The notes beneath the pieces were generated by a model, which worked only from the letters and a program-made list of their open reading frames with translations, had not been told where the DNA came from and made no database searches. From contig CAVTET010000006.1 of NCBI GenBank assembly GCA_963733675.1, positions 199,961-263,960 of the forward strand: a stretch of 64,000 nucleotides of DNA, in the 5' to 3' direction. Shown piece after piece: positions 23,650-36,739 of this stretch (position 1 is the first letter of the stretch; every line of letters starts with the position of its first letter). A program made the translations under genes and the position numbers. This stretch comes from an uncultured Methanosarcinaceae archaeon (GTDB lineage Archaea; Halobacteriota; Methanosarcinia; Methanosarcinales; Methanosarcinaceae).

Positions 23650-23975
23650 GAATTTCAATAAATCCCATTCATTTGAATATTGGAGAATTTAAATCCCTTA
23701 ACAATAATTTTTACTCATGAAAACTCTTATTGATTTTGCTTTTAAAGGAGAATATAAATGTCTTCAGTCAGTTGGGGACAAATTTGCTGAAATTTATTCG
23801 TTAATTGATTGAAATTTTATCATATTATTTTGAGTCCATATGTTTTAACAAAATATTTTTCTGAGGCCGACGTGAAGCTGAAGTATCATTCTGTTGAAAC
23901 TGCTTTTTTCCATAACAATTGCATAGTCTTTCAGAGTTTAAGCCTGAGAAACAATGTGGTGATCGAATTACAGAT
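23650..23975 (+). pseudogene. Decayed IS5-family left end and transposase 5' fragment
   Basis: aaatcccattcatttgaatattggagaatttaaat identical to ~5028; MKTLIDFAFKGEYKCLQSVGDKFAEI. Confidence 0.75.
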
Positions 23976-24330
23976 TATAAGAAAGAAAATCACACATATT
24001 AAGGATCTAATCACAAAAAGTATGGAAAAATTTAGCTCTGAAGTTTACAGTAAATTTCCTGCACTGATAATAAAGGGCATCTATTAAAAAAAATATTTCC
24101 CATAATTATAGAAACACATCCTCTGCTTATACATAAAGCATTCGCTACTGTGACGTTTTATAATTCCAGAATATTTTGTTTTAATTAATTATATATCCAA
24201 TAAAAAATAACAAAATATCTGGGTTCAAACTGGAGATTAAATACCAATTCCAAATTTAAAAGTTAAACACCTTTCCTAGCGGTATAATCTCCAGTAAAAA
24301 ATTTTAGAGCATACTTAATACTAAGCAAAT

Positions 24331-24738
24331 TTAGGCAGAAGCTTCCTTATTCAGGATATAAGCAACCATTTCAGGATCCAGTTTACTTTCCCTTGAAACC
24401 TGTACTCCAATGTCCTCAACAGATCTACCTTCAACTTTCATTTCTCTTATTTTTTCGATCACTGCCGATGGAATACTATAATATTCATTTAAATCCTTCC
24501 TGTGACCCCAAACATCTCCTTCTATAAGCTCTATTCTCTGCATTTCAAGGAACATTTCAACGGATTTTGAGACCGTGCCCATATAAGATTTGGGTAACTG
24601 AACTACCTCAATCTTTGGACAGGTTTCAACCAATCCAAAAATATCCTTGTTAGAAGGTCTGAAAGCCAGGTGAACAACACGCTCATTAGGATTTAGTGTA
24701 AAGATTTCCTCTCTTGAACTAACTACTCGAATTTTCAT
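24331..24738 (-). CDS. DUF1699-family Methanosarcina protein
   Basis: MKIRVVSSREEI..LNPNERVVHLAFRPSNKD...LIEGDVWGHRKD. Confidence 0.85.
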   Translation of the reverse strand: MKIRVVSSREEIFTLNPNERVVHLAFRPSNKDIFGLVETCPKIEVVQLPKSYMGTVSKSVEMFLEMQRIELIEGDVWGHRKDLNEYYSIPSAVIEKIREMKVEGRSVEDIGVQVSRESKLDPEMVAYILNKEASA

Positions 24739-25324
24739 TTTTTATTTTCCCCCACTAAAAAATTCTGTTACATTTCTACTTTAATATAACTACGCTATAC
24801 TTACTATAAATATTTATCTAATTAAACTAACATTAGTTATATAATATACTAGATTTTTTCCCATTTTCCTATCCAAAAAAATGACTCTGAAACCTAAAAT
24901 TGAAAAAAAATGTTTTTAATAATTTATTTTTAAGGTCTCTAAAATTTTTCTATTTTTTTCTTGCATTAATTTTTTTCTAATGAATGACTAATTATTCTTA
25001 TAACCAGTCATTGTAACTATCACAACTTTCAGCCGAGATTTCACTCGAAATTCTTCATCCAGCCAAGTAGCCCACTTCCCGTAGAAGTTCAAAAAACTTC
25101 TTTTCCCAATACAACATTAGTTTGAAATTCATTTCATCTGTGGTGAATAAATAACCACCAAATAATCAAATAAATTCTAAATTTATATACTTCTATTGAA
25201 TGTGCTAAAAGTATAATTATGAGATACAAAATCCATCTTTTCGCAAAATAAGAGAATCAGGTTTATTTACCGTTATCGCAGGGTATTTTATCTTTTATGA
25301 GTTTTCCAATTTCAATATTTCACA

Positions 25325-25557
25325 AACTGGCTCAGATACTCAGTAAAATCTGACCCATTTTCCATGATTTTTACCGAAAAGTAATCTTAAATATTAATTT
25401 TTCTTATTTCACAATATTCTTCTCAACTTTGAGTTGATAGATAAGTAAACAAAATTTCCATTTGGAATTGCCCTGAGACACATCTAATCAGCTTGTTTTT
25501 GGATGGAAAGACAATAAAAAACTCACTGTGCTACGCTTTCTCTATTGGATTGTATCT
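25325..25557 (+). repeat. ~235-bp degenerate dispersed repeat, copy B
   Basis: Colinear similarity to 22220-22450. Confidence 0.75.
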
Positions 25558-25911
25558 AATCACATTATTCAGAATTCGAAACGCTTTCCGGAGTATTTCT
25601 ATAGATCAGTTTAAAATATCAAAGCGAAAGTTATATTTGCAAATGATTTTTATATCTATTTGGTGATTTACAAAGTATGTACATTGCAATGTGATCGAGA
25701 AAACTGCATTAAAAACGAAATTTTGTTCACTAGTAGAGTACTTACAGGTTATTTACTGGATATTTGGTTTTGATCTATTGATGATTCTGCAAGAAAATTC
25801 TGTTCAAAATCTTAGCGTAGATATTTTTAAACTTACTGGGGTCCTAAATTATAGAGGATTTCGATCAACTTCTTAATTTTCTTATATGCACATAAACGAT
25901 ACCCAAATTAT

Positions 25912-26766
25912 GGTTCCGTTGCAAAAACTTCAACAAAATATGTAAATCTATAAGTGATTAATAAAAATCAAAACATTCAAGGAAAATGTACTAACATTAT
26001 AAAACTATACCAAATAATTGATTAATGTATTTGACTTCATTAAGAACAGAGTAATTTAAATCGATTACTTGTCCTTTTTTGATCATATTTATAGCTTCAA
26101 TTCCTTTTAAAGTCTTATTAGCAGATCGAAAAGACTGAAATCCTAACATTGGATTAACGATTCTCTTTATAGATCTGTGATCTTGTTCTATAATGTTATT
26201 CAAATACTTGATTTGTCGAATGCCTACGTTTTTAGGTAGTATTTTATCAATTTTTAGTTTATCTATAGCAGGTGGATAAGCTGGATTTTTATCAACGGTT
26301 ATTAATCTTGGAATTTGATTATGGTTAGAACTTAAAGCTTTCTTAAAGAATCTCTTCGCTGCCTTTCTATCTCGTTTTGAACTTAACATGAAATCAATTG
26401 TATCTCCATTTGAGTCAACTGCTCGGTAAAAATATTTCCATTTACCTTTTACTTTGATATAGGTTTCATCAACTCTCCACGAATCATTTGTTGGTCTTAA
26501 ATGTCTTCTTATCTTCTTTTCTATTTCAGGGGAATATTGATGTACCCATCTCATGATTGTTGTATGGTCGACTTTTACTCCCCTTTCTGCCATCATTTCC
26601 TTTAAATTTCTATAACTTAATGCATATTTTAAGTACCATCTTACATTCAATAAGATAATTTCCCCTTCATAATGCTTCCATTTAAAGGAATTAGATAGCA
26701 TGTTACTATCTTTGGTTTTCTTTTTATTCTATTGTATCATTAGAAAGGATTTTTTGCAACGGAACC
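25912..26766 (-). mobile_element. IS6-family insertion sequence, copy 3 (transposase 25997-26701)
   Basis: 15-bp IRs; intact transposase. Confidence 0.97.
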
Positions 26767-26828
26767 CTCCAAACTCCCAATGTAATAAATAAGGAAGTCC
26801 CTCAAAAAAAACTTTAAAATAATCTCTT

Positions 26829-28259
26829 TCAGAAACTCTTTAGTTCGTTAAAATAATCAAGACGTGTCTGTTTTTTTCTACAATTTTCCCCTGGAATCTC
26901 CACCGGATACTCACCTGTAAGACAGCCTATACACATGTCGTTTTTGTTGCATTCTAAAGCTCGCATGAGTCCATCAATACTTAGGTATCCGAGAGAATCA
27001 GCATTAATAAGTTTTTCGACCTCTTTTATGGTCTTATAAGAAGCTATGAGTTCCTGCCTAGTAGCCATATCTATACCCAGATAGCAAGGGGCAACAATTG
27101 CAGGACTTCCGACCATTGCATGAATTTCTGAAGCGCCTGCACTCCGTACCATATCTATAATTCGCCTGGCAGTTGTACCCCGGACAATGCTATCGTCAAC
27201 CAAAACTACACGTTTGCCTTTTACATTATCCTTAATAACATTCATCTTAAGTCTGACTGCGGTTTCACGTAGCTGCTGACCAGGTAAAATAAAAGTCCGT
27301 CCTATGTAACGGTTCTTCATCAGGCCTTCGATATATTCGATGCCTGATTCCCGGGCATAGCCGATTGCTGATGTAATCCCTGAGTCAGGAACCGGAGAAA
27401 CAATATCGGCCTCAACCTGGAACTCTCTTGCGAGTTCTCTTCCAATATTTTCTCGTACCTTATAGACAAGTTTCCCGTCAATTACTGAATCGGGCCTTGC
27501 AAAGTAGATAAATTCAAAAACACAATTCGCAGGATGAGGTTCAGTTACTATCTGGTGACTTTCTAAGCCATTACCCTTGAAAACGATTACCTCCCCTGGT
27601 CGGACATCCCTGACAAGGGTGCTGTTCAGAGTATCAAGGGCTACACTTTCAGAAACAATTGCATATCCACCATCGACTTCTCCGAAACAGAGAGGTTTGA
27701 AGCCAAAAGGATCCCTTACAGCATACAGAGAGCCGTGGATATATATTACCAGGGAATAAGATCCAACAAGCTTACGCATCACATTCCGTATTGATTCCAC
27801 AGGCTCGTGTCTTAACAACTCTTTTACAAGAAGGTGACCAATGACCTCAGTATCAGAATCACTGACAAAAATGCGACCTTCGCACTCCAACTCATCCTTG
27901 AGTACTTTGGCATTAACCAAGTTTCCGTTATGAGCAATTGCAATTGTTCCACCCTTGAAATTCAAAACAAAGGGTTGACAGTTTTCCAACTTGGATCCAC
28001 CAGTAGTCGAGTAACGGACATGTCCCACCCCTAAATTCCCGATCAAACGTCCGAGGGAATCCTTATTATATACATCAGGCACAAGGCCCATGCCTTTTAT
28101 GGACTTCGGAGATATCCCATCATGTACAACTATACCAGTCGATTCCTGGCCTCTATGCTGGAGGGCATAAAGAGCGTAATAAAGCTTGAATGCTACATTA
28201 TTGGATTGTGGTCTATCGCTTGGGAGAATTATGCCTGCAACACCACATTCTTCTTTCAA
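26829..28259 (-). CDS. purF: Amidophosphoribosyltransferase
   Basis: KEECGVAG, ALQHRGQES, GHVRYST, AHNGNL, FEFIYFARPDS, VDDSIVRGTT. Confidence 0.97.
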   Translation of the reverse strand: MKEECGVAGIILPSDRPQSNNVAFKLYYALYALQHRGQESTGIVVHDGISPKSIKGMGLVPDVYNKDSLGRLIGNLGVGHVRYSTTGGSKLENCQPFVLNFKGGTIAIAHNGNLVNAKVLKDELECEGRIFVSDSDTEVIGHLLVKELLRHEPVESIRNVMRKLVGSYSLVIYIHGSLYAVRDPFGFKPLCFGEVDGGYAIVSESVALDTLNSTLVRDVRPGEVIVFKGNGLESHQIVTEPHPANCVFEFIYFARPDSVIDGKLVYKVRENIGRELAREFQVEADIVSPVPDSGITSAIGYARESGIEYIEGLMKNRYIGRTFILPGQQLRETAVRLKMNVIKDNVKGKRVVLVDDSIVRGTTARRIIDMVRSAGASEIHAMVGSPAIVAPCYLGIDMATRQELIASYKTIKEVEKLINADSLGYLSIDGLMRALECNKNDMCIGCLTGEYPVEIPGENCRKKQTRLDYFNELKSF

Positions 28260-28307
28260 TTTTGACCTCCGGTGCAGGTAATAATATAAAAAGTGAAAAC
28301 GACAGAT

Positions 28308-28499
<192 letters not shown>

Positions 28500-28630
28500 T
28501 CAATTACTTTATATCAATATTCGAGAATCTTAAGCAATTTGTTTTTCCTAAATTTTTCTATATACCGATTACAATAAATCCTGCTGCTTACCTAAGTTTA
28601 GAGATAATCGATGGAGTTCTAGGTATAAAG

Positions 28631-28870
<240 letters not shown>

Positions 28871-29046
28871 TTACAAATCAAGTCATAATTTATATGATAT
28901 AAATAGTTAATCTAGATTTAAACTGATCGCCGTGTTTAAATTTGGGATTACTCAAACCAAAGTCGCAAATACAATATATAAAGTTATCGAAGCAATATCT
29001 CACTTTTTTAATTCATAATGTGAAAAAATGAATAAGAGATGAATAT

Positions 29047-30399
29047 ATGACAAAAAAACAATCACCAACGAACAACACAATTGTTCTAACTATTGCGGGT
29101 TCTGATTCAGGGGGTGGTGCAGGAGTTGCTGCTGATTTGAAAACTTTTGCAGCCTTGGGAGTGCATGGGACCTGTGCCATTACATCGGTTACTGCTCAAA
29201 ATACCATAGGCGTCTTAGAGACTTTCGATCTACCTGCTGCAGCTGTTATCAGTCAGATAGAAGCTGTTTGTATGGATATGAACATCAAATGGATAAAGAC
29301 AGGAATGCTTGCCTCATCTGAAATAATACGAGAAGTTGCAAAAGAGGTCAAGAAACATGATTTTTCCCTTATACTGGATCCTGTAATAGCTGCAGAAGCC
29401 GGGGGGAATCTGTTGAGAGAAGAGTCTCTTCCTGTCCTCATCGAGGAGCTGCTGCCCTTATGCAAAGTTATAACTCCCAATGCTTTGGAAGCAGGTGCAC
29501 TTGCAGGTATTTCTGTCAAAAGCCCTGAGGATGCGAAAATTGCAGCCAAGAAAATAGCAGATCTCTGTGTCGAAGCCGTTATTGTTACAGGTGGACACCT
29601 TGATGCCACTGACCTGCTGTATGAAACCTATTCTGATACTTTTACCAGTATACCAGGAACTTTTGTCAGCGGAGGAACCCATGGATCTGGCTGTACTTAT
29701 TCTGCAGCAATAACTGCCTTTTTAGCATTTGGGAAAAGCCTAGAAGAAGCTGCAAGAGAATCAAAAAAATTCGTAGTACAGGCAATCATGATGAGCAAGC
29801 CTACAGGTAGAGGAGTGAATCCAGTAAACCAATTAGGAACAACCCTGGAAGAAAAAGAGCGTTATCTGGTCTTAAGAAATTTAAAAGAAGCGATTTTAAT
29901 TCTTGAGAAAAGTCCTGATATCCAAAAATATATTCCAGAAGTTGGCTGTAACATAGGAATGGCAATTCCTGACGCACACAAATTGGAGGAAGTTGCGGCA
30001 GTGAAGGGAAGAATAGTGGCATACAGGGAACGTGCTGTTCAGGTAGGCTGTGTCGAATTTGGAGCTAGCAGGCACATAGCAAGGATCATCCTTTCTGCCC
30101 TTCGTTATGATCCTAAAATGAGGGCTGCAATTAATGTAAGATATTCGGAAAGTAACCTTTCCCTTTGTAGAGAAGCTGGGCTCAATTTATCTTCCTTTAA
30201 CAGAGCTGAAGAACCGGAAAATTGCACCATCTTGGACGGGTGGACAGTCGAGGAGGTCAAAACACAAAGAAACACACCGAAAGTAGTCTATGATATTGGA
30301 TATTTAGGAAAAGAGCCCATAATACACCTGCTTGGTACAAATGCTGTTGAAATGGCAAAGCTCGTTGTGGGGAACTCGCAGAAAAATTATAGTCAATAA
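29047..30399 (+). CDS. thiD: Bifunctional HMP/HMP-P kinase - thiamine-phosphate synthase ThiDN
   Basis: [34 protein letters not shown]; C-terminal ThiN motifs [20 protein letters not shown]. Confidence 0.93.
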   Translation: MTKKQSPTNNTIVLTIAGSDSGGGAGVAADLKTFAALGVHGTCAITSVTAQNTIGVLETFDLPAAAVISQIEAVCMDMNIKWIKTGMLASSEIIREVAKEVKKHDFSLILDPVIAAEAGGNLLREESLPVLIEELLPLCKVITPNALEAGALAGISVKSPEDAKIAAKKIADLCVEAVIVTGGHLDATDLLYETYSDTFTSIPGTFVSGGTHGSGCTYSAAITAFLAFGKSLEEAARESKKFVVQAIMMSKPTGRGVNPVNQLGTTLEEKERYLVLRNLKEAILILEKSPDIQKYIPEVGCNIGMAIPDAHKLEEVAAVKGRIVAYRERAVQVGCVEFGASRHIARIILSALRYDPKMRAAINVRYSESNLSLCREAGLNLSSFNRAEEPENCTILDGWTVEEVKTQRNTPKVVYDIGYLGKEPIIHLLGTNAVEMAKLVVGNSQKNYSQ

Positions 30400-30654
30400 T
30401 CGACAAGCTCTTTCCTAAAATTATTAAATATTTGTTTTCATATTTGAGGTTTCGGTTCTGATAATATCTCCGTTTATTCCTACTTTCGATTTCTCATATT
30501 CAGTAACCGTACCTCATAAGAGTATACTTTCCAAAAAATAATCGTTTATGAGAAAGGGCGTAAATATGATATGAATACCGGAAATACAAAATAAATAACA
30601 CTTAAATACATCGAAGTCTGATTTTTTGCAGAAGTGATATGATGGAGAATATCC

Positions 30655-31953
30655 ATGGAACAGACCAAGATCATCCTTGACGAAAATGAAATTCCTAAAC
30701 AGTGGTATAACGTTCTTTCTGACTTGCCTTCCCCCATTGATCCGCCTCTTGATCCTCAGACCTGGGAACCTATAAGTCCCGAAGCTCTTGAGCCGATTTT
30801 TCCAAAAGCCATTATTAAACAGGAGATGAGCGATGAGAGGTATATAAATATCCCTGAAGAGATTCTCGACATATATAAGCTCTGGAGACCCACCCCTCTC
30901 TATCGGGCACACAGACTGGAAAAGTATCTCAAAACACCTGCAAAGATATATTACAAATATGAAGGTGTAAGTCCGGCAGGCAGCCATAAGACTAATACTT
31001 CAATTGCACAGGCCTACTATAATATGAAAGAAGGGACTGAAAGGATCACAACAGAAACCGGAGCAGGGCAATGGGGGAGTGCACTTTCTCTCGGCTGTAA
31101 CTACTTCAATCTCGAATGTAAAATATATATGGTCCGGTCCAGCTATTATCAGAAACCCTACAGAAAATCTCTAATGACTGTATGGGGAGCAAATGTTGTT
31201 CCCTCTCCCAGTATGGATACGAAATTCGGGAGAAAAATTCTTGAAGAGCAGCCAAACACACCAGGAAGTTTGGGAATAGCAATCAGTGAAGCTGTCGAGG
31301 ATGCAGTAGACCATGATAATACTAAGTACTCTCTAGGAAGCGTGCTTAACCATGTCTTGCTCCACCAGACAGTAATTGGAGCTGAAAGCAAAAAACAGCT
31401 TGAAAAGGTTGAAACCTATCCTGATATAGTTATAGGCTGTTGCGGGGGAGGAAGCAATCTTGGAGGTATATCCTTTGAATTCATTAAGGACAGAATTCAG
31501 GGAAAAGGAAACACTAGAGTAATCGCAGTCGAACCCTCAGCATGCCCGACACTGACAGAAGGAGAATACAGGTACGACTTTGGAGATACTGCCGAAATGA
31601 CCCCACTTCTAAAAATGTATACTTTAGGTCATAAGCATGTACCACCGGCAATCCATGCAGGCGGACTTCGCTATCATGGGGATAATCCGATTATCAGTAA
31701 ACTATGTGCTGAAGGGCTTATTGAAGCTGTTTCATACAACCAATATCCTGTATTTGATGCAGCTGTCCAGTTTGCTCGTACTGAAGGCATAGTCCCTGCT
31801 CCAGAATCTGCCCATGCTATCCGTTGTGCAATCGATGAATCCCTCAAGTGTAATCAGAAAGGAGAAGAAAAAACAATCCTCTTTAACCTTAGTGGTCATG
31901 GTTATTTTGACATGAGTTCTTATGATATGTATTTCAACAAGGAACTTGTCTGA
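30655..31953 (+). CDS. trpB2: TrpB-like PLP enzyme (tryptophan synthase beta, type 2)
   Basis: [46 protein letters not shown]. Confidence 0.95.
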   Translation: MEQTKIILDENEIPKQWYNVLSDLPSPIDPPLDPQTWEPISPEALEPIFPKAIIKQEMSDERYINIPEEILDIYKLWRPTPLYRAHRLEKYLKTPAKIYYKYEGVSPAGSHKTNTSIAQAYYNMKEGTERITTETGAGQWGSALSLGCNYFNLECKIYMVRSSYYQKPYRKSLMTVWGANVVPSPSMDTKFGRKILEEQPNTPGSLGIAISEAVEDAVDHDNTKYSLGSVLNHVLLHQTVIGAESKKQLEKVETYPDIVIGCCGGGSNLGGISFEFIKDRIQGKGNTRVIAVEPSACPTLTEGEYRYDFGDTAEMTPLLKMYTLGHKHVPPAIHAGGLRYHGDNPIISKLCAEGLIEAVSYNQYPVFDAAVQFARTEGIVPAPESAHAIRCAIDESLKCNQKGEEKTILFNLSGHGYFDMSSYDMYFNKELV

Positions 31954-32169
31954 AATAACCTAAAAAATTAAGATTAGAAAGGTAATTATTGCCCATGCTA
32001 TCCGTTGTGCAATCGATGAATCCCTCAAGTGTAATCAGAAAGGAGAAGAAAAACAATTTTCTTTAACCTTAGTGGTCATGGTTATTTTGACATGAGTTCT
32101 TATGATATGTATTTCAACAAGGAACTTATCTGAAATAACCTAAAAAATTAAGATTAGAAAGGTAATTAT
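31809..32169 (+). repeat. 181-bp tandem duplication of the trpB2 3' end plus 36 bp downstream
   Basis: 31809-31989 repeated at 31990-32169 with one 1-bp deletion and ~3 substitutions. Confidence 0.95.
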
Positions 32170-32334
32170 AGAACTAAATGTGAGGTGCCTTAAGGCATCT
32201 ACTAATTAACATATTCAAGAGTTTCTCAGCACTGCTCCAGATAAAGGATTGAATTTTTATTTGCGCATTTAACTCAAAAGAATATTTGCCTCTATTTTTG
32301 TTAAACAACTTCAACAGTCTGTTTACTCATAAGT

Positions 32335-32565
32335 CCTTCTGTTCTTAATAAGATATAATTTTCGGGTTAAGGCCTGCAAAATTGCTACTTTTTTGGCAAG
32401 TCTTTCATTTTGAATGCCTTCCATCTTTAAATTACTTATGTCTGTCAAATGGAAGAAGGGATGCTAAAGTACTCTGTGATATATTTTCTATGGCCTCAGG
32501 CATCCCCGTCGATAAGTGTATTTTTTGCATTTCCAGAAACAATTCTATACCTTTTAGAAACAGTC
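32335..32565 (-). pseudogene. Decayed DUF1699 paralog (3' part)
   Basis: Minus strand reads VSKxIELFLEMQKI.LIDGDA*GHRKYITEYFSIPSS, aligning to VSKSVEMFLEMQRIELIEGDVWGHRKDLNEYYSIPSA in 24331-24738. Confidence 0.75.
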
Positions 32566-32994
32566 TTTAATACCCAGAAGATAGCTATAGGGTATTCAAC
32601 TGGAATAAAATGAAGCTTCAAAATTGATATCTGAGTTACATAAGAGATTTATTTTTAGATCAATTAGATTTATTTGTAATTTGGGCATCATATTAATTTT
32701 TCCTTTTATGCTAAATTCAATATTAAAAGAGTATTGATAAGCTTTTAAAGGAAAATTAAGAATAATTATCCATTTTAATACAAAATAAATTCTTCCTCAT
32801 CGGTATCTGTATTTAGGGAACAAGATATGACATCTAAATGGAAAAATAAGCCTAATTAGCCCTTAAAAAATGGACCCGTTTTTAAAGACCCTAAATCAGT
32901 ATATCTATTTATGTATTTAGATCGGAATCGAAGCACTAGTGTTTTATTCTCGTTGCACTTCAGACTCTCCACTTCGAATTTTCGACCGCAAACT

Positions 32995-33360
32995 TCAGAT
33001 TTTATGAGATGTTGAAACCCCTTTTCCGGAGCTATTTAAAAGAACCCAGTCAAGATATTCCTCATCTCCTTCAATTTCCCAGAATTCAATAGCAGGCATT
33101 TTGTAGGTATGTAGAGATTTCACAAGCTTTATAATATTATCTAAGCACTGAGAATCAGTTTTTACAAACATAGCGATTTCATTATCTTCCTCTATCTTCT
33201 CGTTCCACCTGTATATTGAGGATATAGGGAAAATATTTACGCAAGCTGCAAACCTCTTTGAAACCAATTCTCTTGCGATCTCGGATGCATTATCCATATT
33301 TCCAGTAGTAATGTAGATTAAACGTGCACATTTCCTTAGTTGTGATGTATCCAACTGCAA
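32995..33360 (-). CDS. cutA: Divalent-cation tolerance protein CutA
   Basis: IYITT...IARELV..RFAACVNI.PI.SIYRW...HTYKMPAI...EYLDWV. Confidence 0.9.
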   Translation of the reverse strand: MQLDTSQLRKCARLIYITTGNMDNASEIARELVSKRFAACVNIFPISSIYRWNEKIEEDNEIAMFVKTDSQCLDNIIKLVKSLHTYKMPAIEFWEIEGDEEYLDWVLLNSSGKGVSTSHKI

Positions 33361-33717
33361 TCAACTCCATTATTTAATTGAAGAGTATTTTGATAAACCC
33401 CTAAATTTTAACATATGCCTATAAATAGTATATAAGGGACTCGAGAACATCAAATATTTCTCAAGATCCTCTAATATTCATTCAATATTACGTCATCGAT
33501 CATCAGGTAATTTCATTTAGGATTAAGAATTTCCTTACTTCAGCTCATAACAGTTATATATGTGATATGCCTTTTTGAAGGAGAAGATTAAAACAATCAT
33601 TGAAGAAGCAGCGGTTATAGAAGGGGAAAAACGAGTAGCTTCTGTAAAGCTAAAAACGATAAATTTAGCAACAATAAAAACAAACATGAAATTCGTTGAA
33701 TAAAATATATAAATATA

Positions 33718-33753
<36 letters not shown>

Positions 33754-35441
33754 AGTACGCCTCATCTAACCTTTTTGACCGTAGTCATCATTACATTAAG
33801 AAGGAAGACTTTTCTTGAGTTGGTTTCGAAAAAAAGTTTAGAAAAAAGATCAGTGAAGCGTCATCGAAGACTCAAATGTGACTTTGATTGCTGACGACAA
33901 ATTGCTTTTGAGTCGTCCAACTGCCAAAGTAAATTTTGTGGCCTAAATTATTATATTAGGAGTCAAAAATTCTTATGCTTTCGATATTCATAAATGTTTA
34001 TCCACGGCTATCATCAGTATATTCGGAGAAAAACAACAACTTCTTGATAGAGATGATGACTATATTTCAGTCCTTAAAAATAGGATTTACATCAGAAAAA
34101 TGTGATGTTGTTTCATGTGAATCAAAAAGTGACCTTTGGGCCCCTATTAGGATTAATTTATAAAGTATTTATTTGTCATAACCAAGTTAGAGAGGAAATA
34201 CTAATTAAGAAAATTAATTCTCACAAAGAAAAATGGATTATATCAAAAGTATTAATTTAGAAAAACGAAAAATGCTAAAATCAATGAACATAAAATATAA
34301 CTTTGAAATATATGAAGAATACATAAACATAAAATAGATTATATAAATAATAACGTTAAGTATCTTGTTAAATTCTGGCTATAATCCATGTTTTACAGTA
34401 CCCACTAATTTCTAATGAAAATTAATCCCATTTTTGGCTCAAGTTGATTTGGCAAAATTTATGAAAGCAGAATATTTTGTAACAACTCGGCCTACCAAAA
34501 ATCAACTTTAAGAGAGCTATTTAGATCCAATATATATTTAGAATTACTAACTTATAAAAAATAAAATTTTTAGCGGCGCTAACATACCCAGCTGCTTACA
34601 GCTGCGCATACTTAAATCGTTACAATTTACGTTTGTGGCTGTTATTCGAAGAATTTCAGATTCTTTATTTCAGATTCTTTTATATTGAAATGAATTTTTT
34701 GAGAGGGGTGAGAGGGGTAAGAGAAAAAGAAGCTCAGATAGATTCCACTCCACTTGAAGCTTCAAGATACGATGCGCGTGCTGATTATAATCCCTATTAT
34801 GAATGTAAATAAATAAAGCACATATCATAATGATTGAACAAATCCTGTTTTAATTATTCATACTAATGGTCTAGTTTTGTTCTCTCGAACTTATTAAGCA
34901 CAAAGAAGATGTCCGAAAAAAGAATGTTGATCTTGAACAATAGTCTGCAGACGGAAATCAGGTTTGTTCCTTAATCATATATATAAAGTTCCATCTTAAA
35001 GCAAAAATAGTCATCTTTTATGCATCAAATGTAGTAATCAATTAGGAAAGAGAGATTGAGAGAAAGATCACTGAGCCAATAAGATATAGGAAAAGAAGAA
35101 TATCTCAAAGTAAAAATGGCAGATAAACTTAATTTCCTATGCCCGAATGGAAAATAGTACAAGTGGCAATATAGGTCTACTGACACATATAATAACCGAA
35201 ATATTAGAGATGATTCGCTCAAAGAACTATACAAAAAAACGATCGAAATGCAAAAATATACATGGACATATTAAGGATACAGTAAAATTTGAAAATCAGA
35301 AGAGTAATGACGGCCTAACGATTGAATTTTAAAAAAAATAAACTCGGAACAAGAAAGAAAAAATTCACTGATAAAAACGAGCTAAATATTCTTATCCGTT
35401 TTTATCCAGAAAAAAGGAAAAAATTAGTTTTTGTTAGGATC

Positions 35442-36191
35442 TCAACTTTTCTCCAATATTTTCAGGAAGATGTATGTTATACAAATCACAAAAAAGATTG
35501 AAAATAAAAGGGCCTGAGGAAAGCTGACTTTGAACTGTAAGCTCTCTGGTAGAATAAAGTATAGAAAAAATGAGACCACAAGCAGTAAGAAGGCTCCAAA
35601 TACTATATTAAAACGGATTCTCTCATCATTTCTCATATTTCCGTGGGCTTTTTTCCCAACGGAAGCTGAAAAGCTACCTCTAAGACCTTCAAGAAAGGGA
35701 GATGACAGCCAACTAAGTCCTCCAATCCCTGATCTTTGAGAATATGCCTTTTTTATAGGTGCAAATGATAGCTTTTGAGAATTCAGCCCCTCCTGATCTA
35801 AACTTTTATAGCTTGTATCCCCCAAGTATTCCTGTGACTTTGCCTCAACTTTTCCCAACAGTACTGAGAAACCTTTTTTTCGTGAGCCATAACCTGCTGT
35901 GATAAAAATTTGTCCTTTTGTAATTACTCTACCTTCCTGTGGGATTCTAGCAACTGCTGAAACATATTCTTTTTGAAGCACGTATGGATTGTTCCGCAAA
36001 AAAGTGATCATTCCTTTTAACTCTTCACTGACTGAAAGATGTATATGGGTTGGAGATCCTTGATTTGTAATCAGGATTTCAAAAGTTTTTTCTCCTCCCG
36101 GATAAAGAGGAATCTCAAGGTTTTCATTCTCAAATTCAATTGAATTTATCTCTTGTCGGTTGATAATAACATTCTGGAATATTTGCTGCAA
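35442..36191 (-). CDS. Conserved euryarchaeal protein with two C-terminal TM helices
   Basis: INRQEINSIEF, NQGSPTHIHL, ITAGYGS motifs; lies directly downstream of the Trm112-like gene. Confidence 0.7.
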   Translation of the reverse strand: MQQIFQNVIINRQEINSIEFENENLEIPLYPGGEKTFEILITNQGSPTHIHLSVSEELKGMITFLRNNPYVLQKEYVSAVARIPQEGRVITKGQIFITAGYGSRKKGFSVLLGKVEAKSQEYLGDTSYKSLDQEGLNSQKLSFAPIKKAYSQRSGIGGLSWLSSPFLEGLRGSFSASVGKKAHGNMRNDERIRFNIVFGAFLLLVVSFFLYFILPESLQFKVSFPQALLFSIFFVICITYIFLKILEKS

Positions 36192-36205
36192 ATTTAACCC
36201 TCACA

Positions 36206-36391
36206 TCAGTACCTTAGGTTAGAAGGAAACAAATTTGGAATTCCCTCATCTATGGGATATTGCTCTTTGCATAGCGGACAGCAGAGGGTTCCGGAAATGA
36301 TCTCTTCTCCTTTATCTTCAACAACGTCCAAAATCAGGTCACCCTTACAGACAGGGCAAGCTAGAATATCCATAATATTTTTTTTCACCAA
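36206..36391 (-). CDS. Trm112-like methyltransferase activator
   Basis: MDILACPVCKGDL...GTLCCPLC...YPIDEGIPNL; GGTGA RBS. Confidence 0.9.
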   Translation of the reverse strand: MVKKNIMDILACPVCKGDLILDVVEDKGEEIISGTLCCPLCKEQYPIDEGIPNLFPSNLRY

Positions 36392-36739
36392 AATTCACCT
36401 TCAAAGATGATTTTGCAATAGAAGGAAACATAACTTTTCTCTTTAATCAGGGTAAATCGAATAGTTCTCAATTATCGCTTTCTCATTTTCCTGTATATAT
36501 GATCTTGACTAACTACTTACGGTATTCAATTCATTTTACTATTTCAATGTAATCATGCATTATGGAAACTTGTTATTTGAATTTTTACTATTTTATCTAT
36601 GATAGTGATTTTATTAATTAGTTTTGTAGTTTAGATTTGCCATAGTTCTAAATGACTACTATTGTTCGTTCCGAATCTTCCAATGATTCATAAGAATAAA
36701 ACTTCATCTGTACATCTTAATTCCATTTTTTTGTAATTT

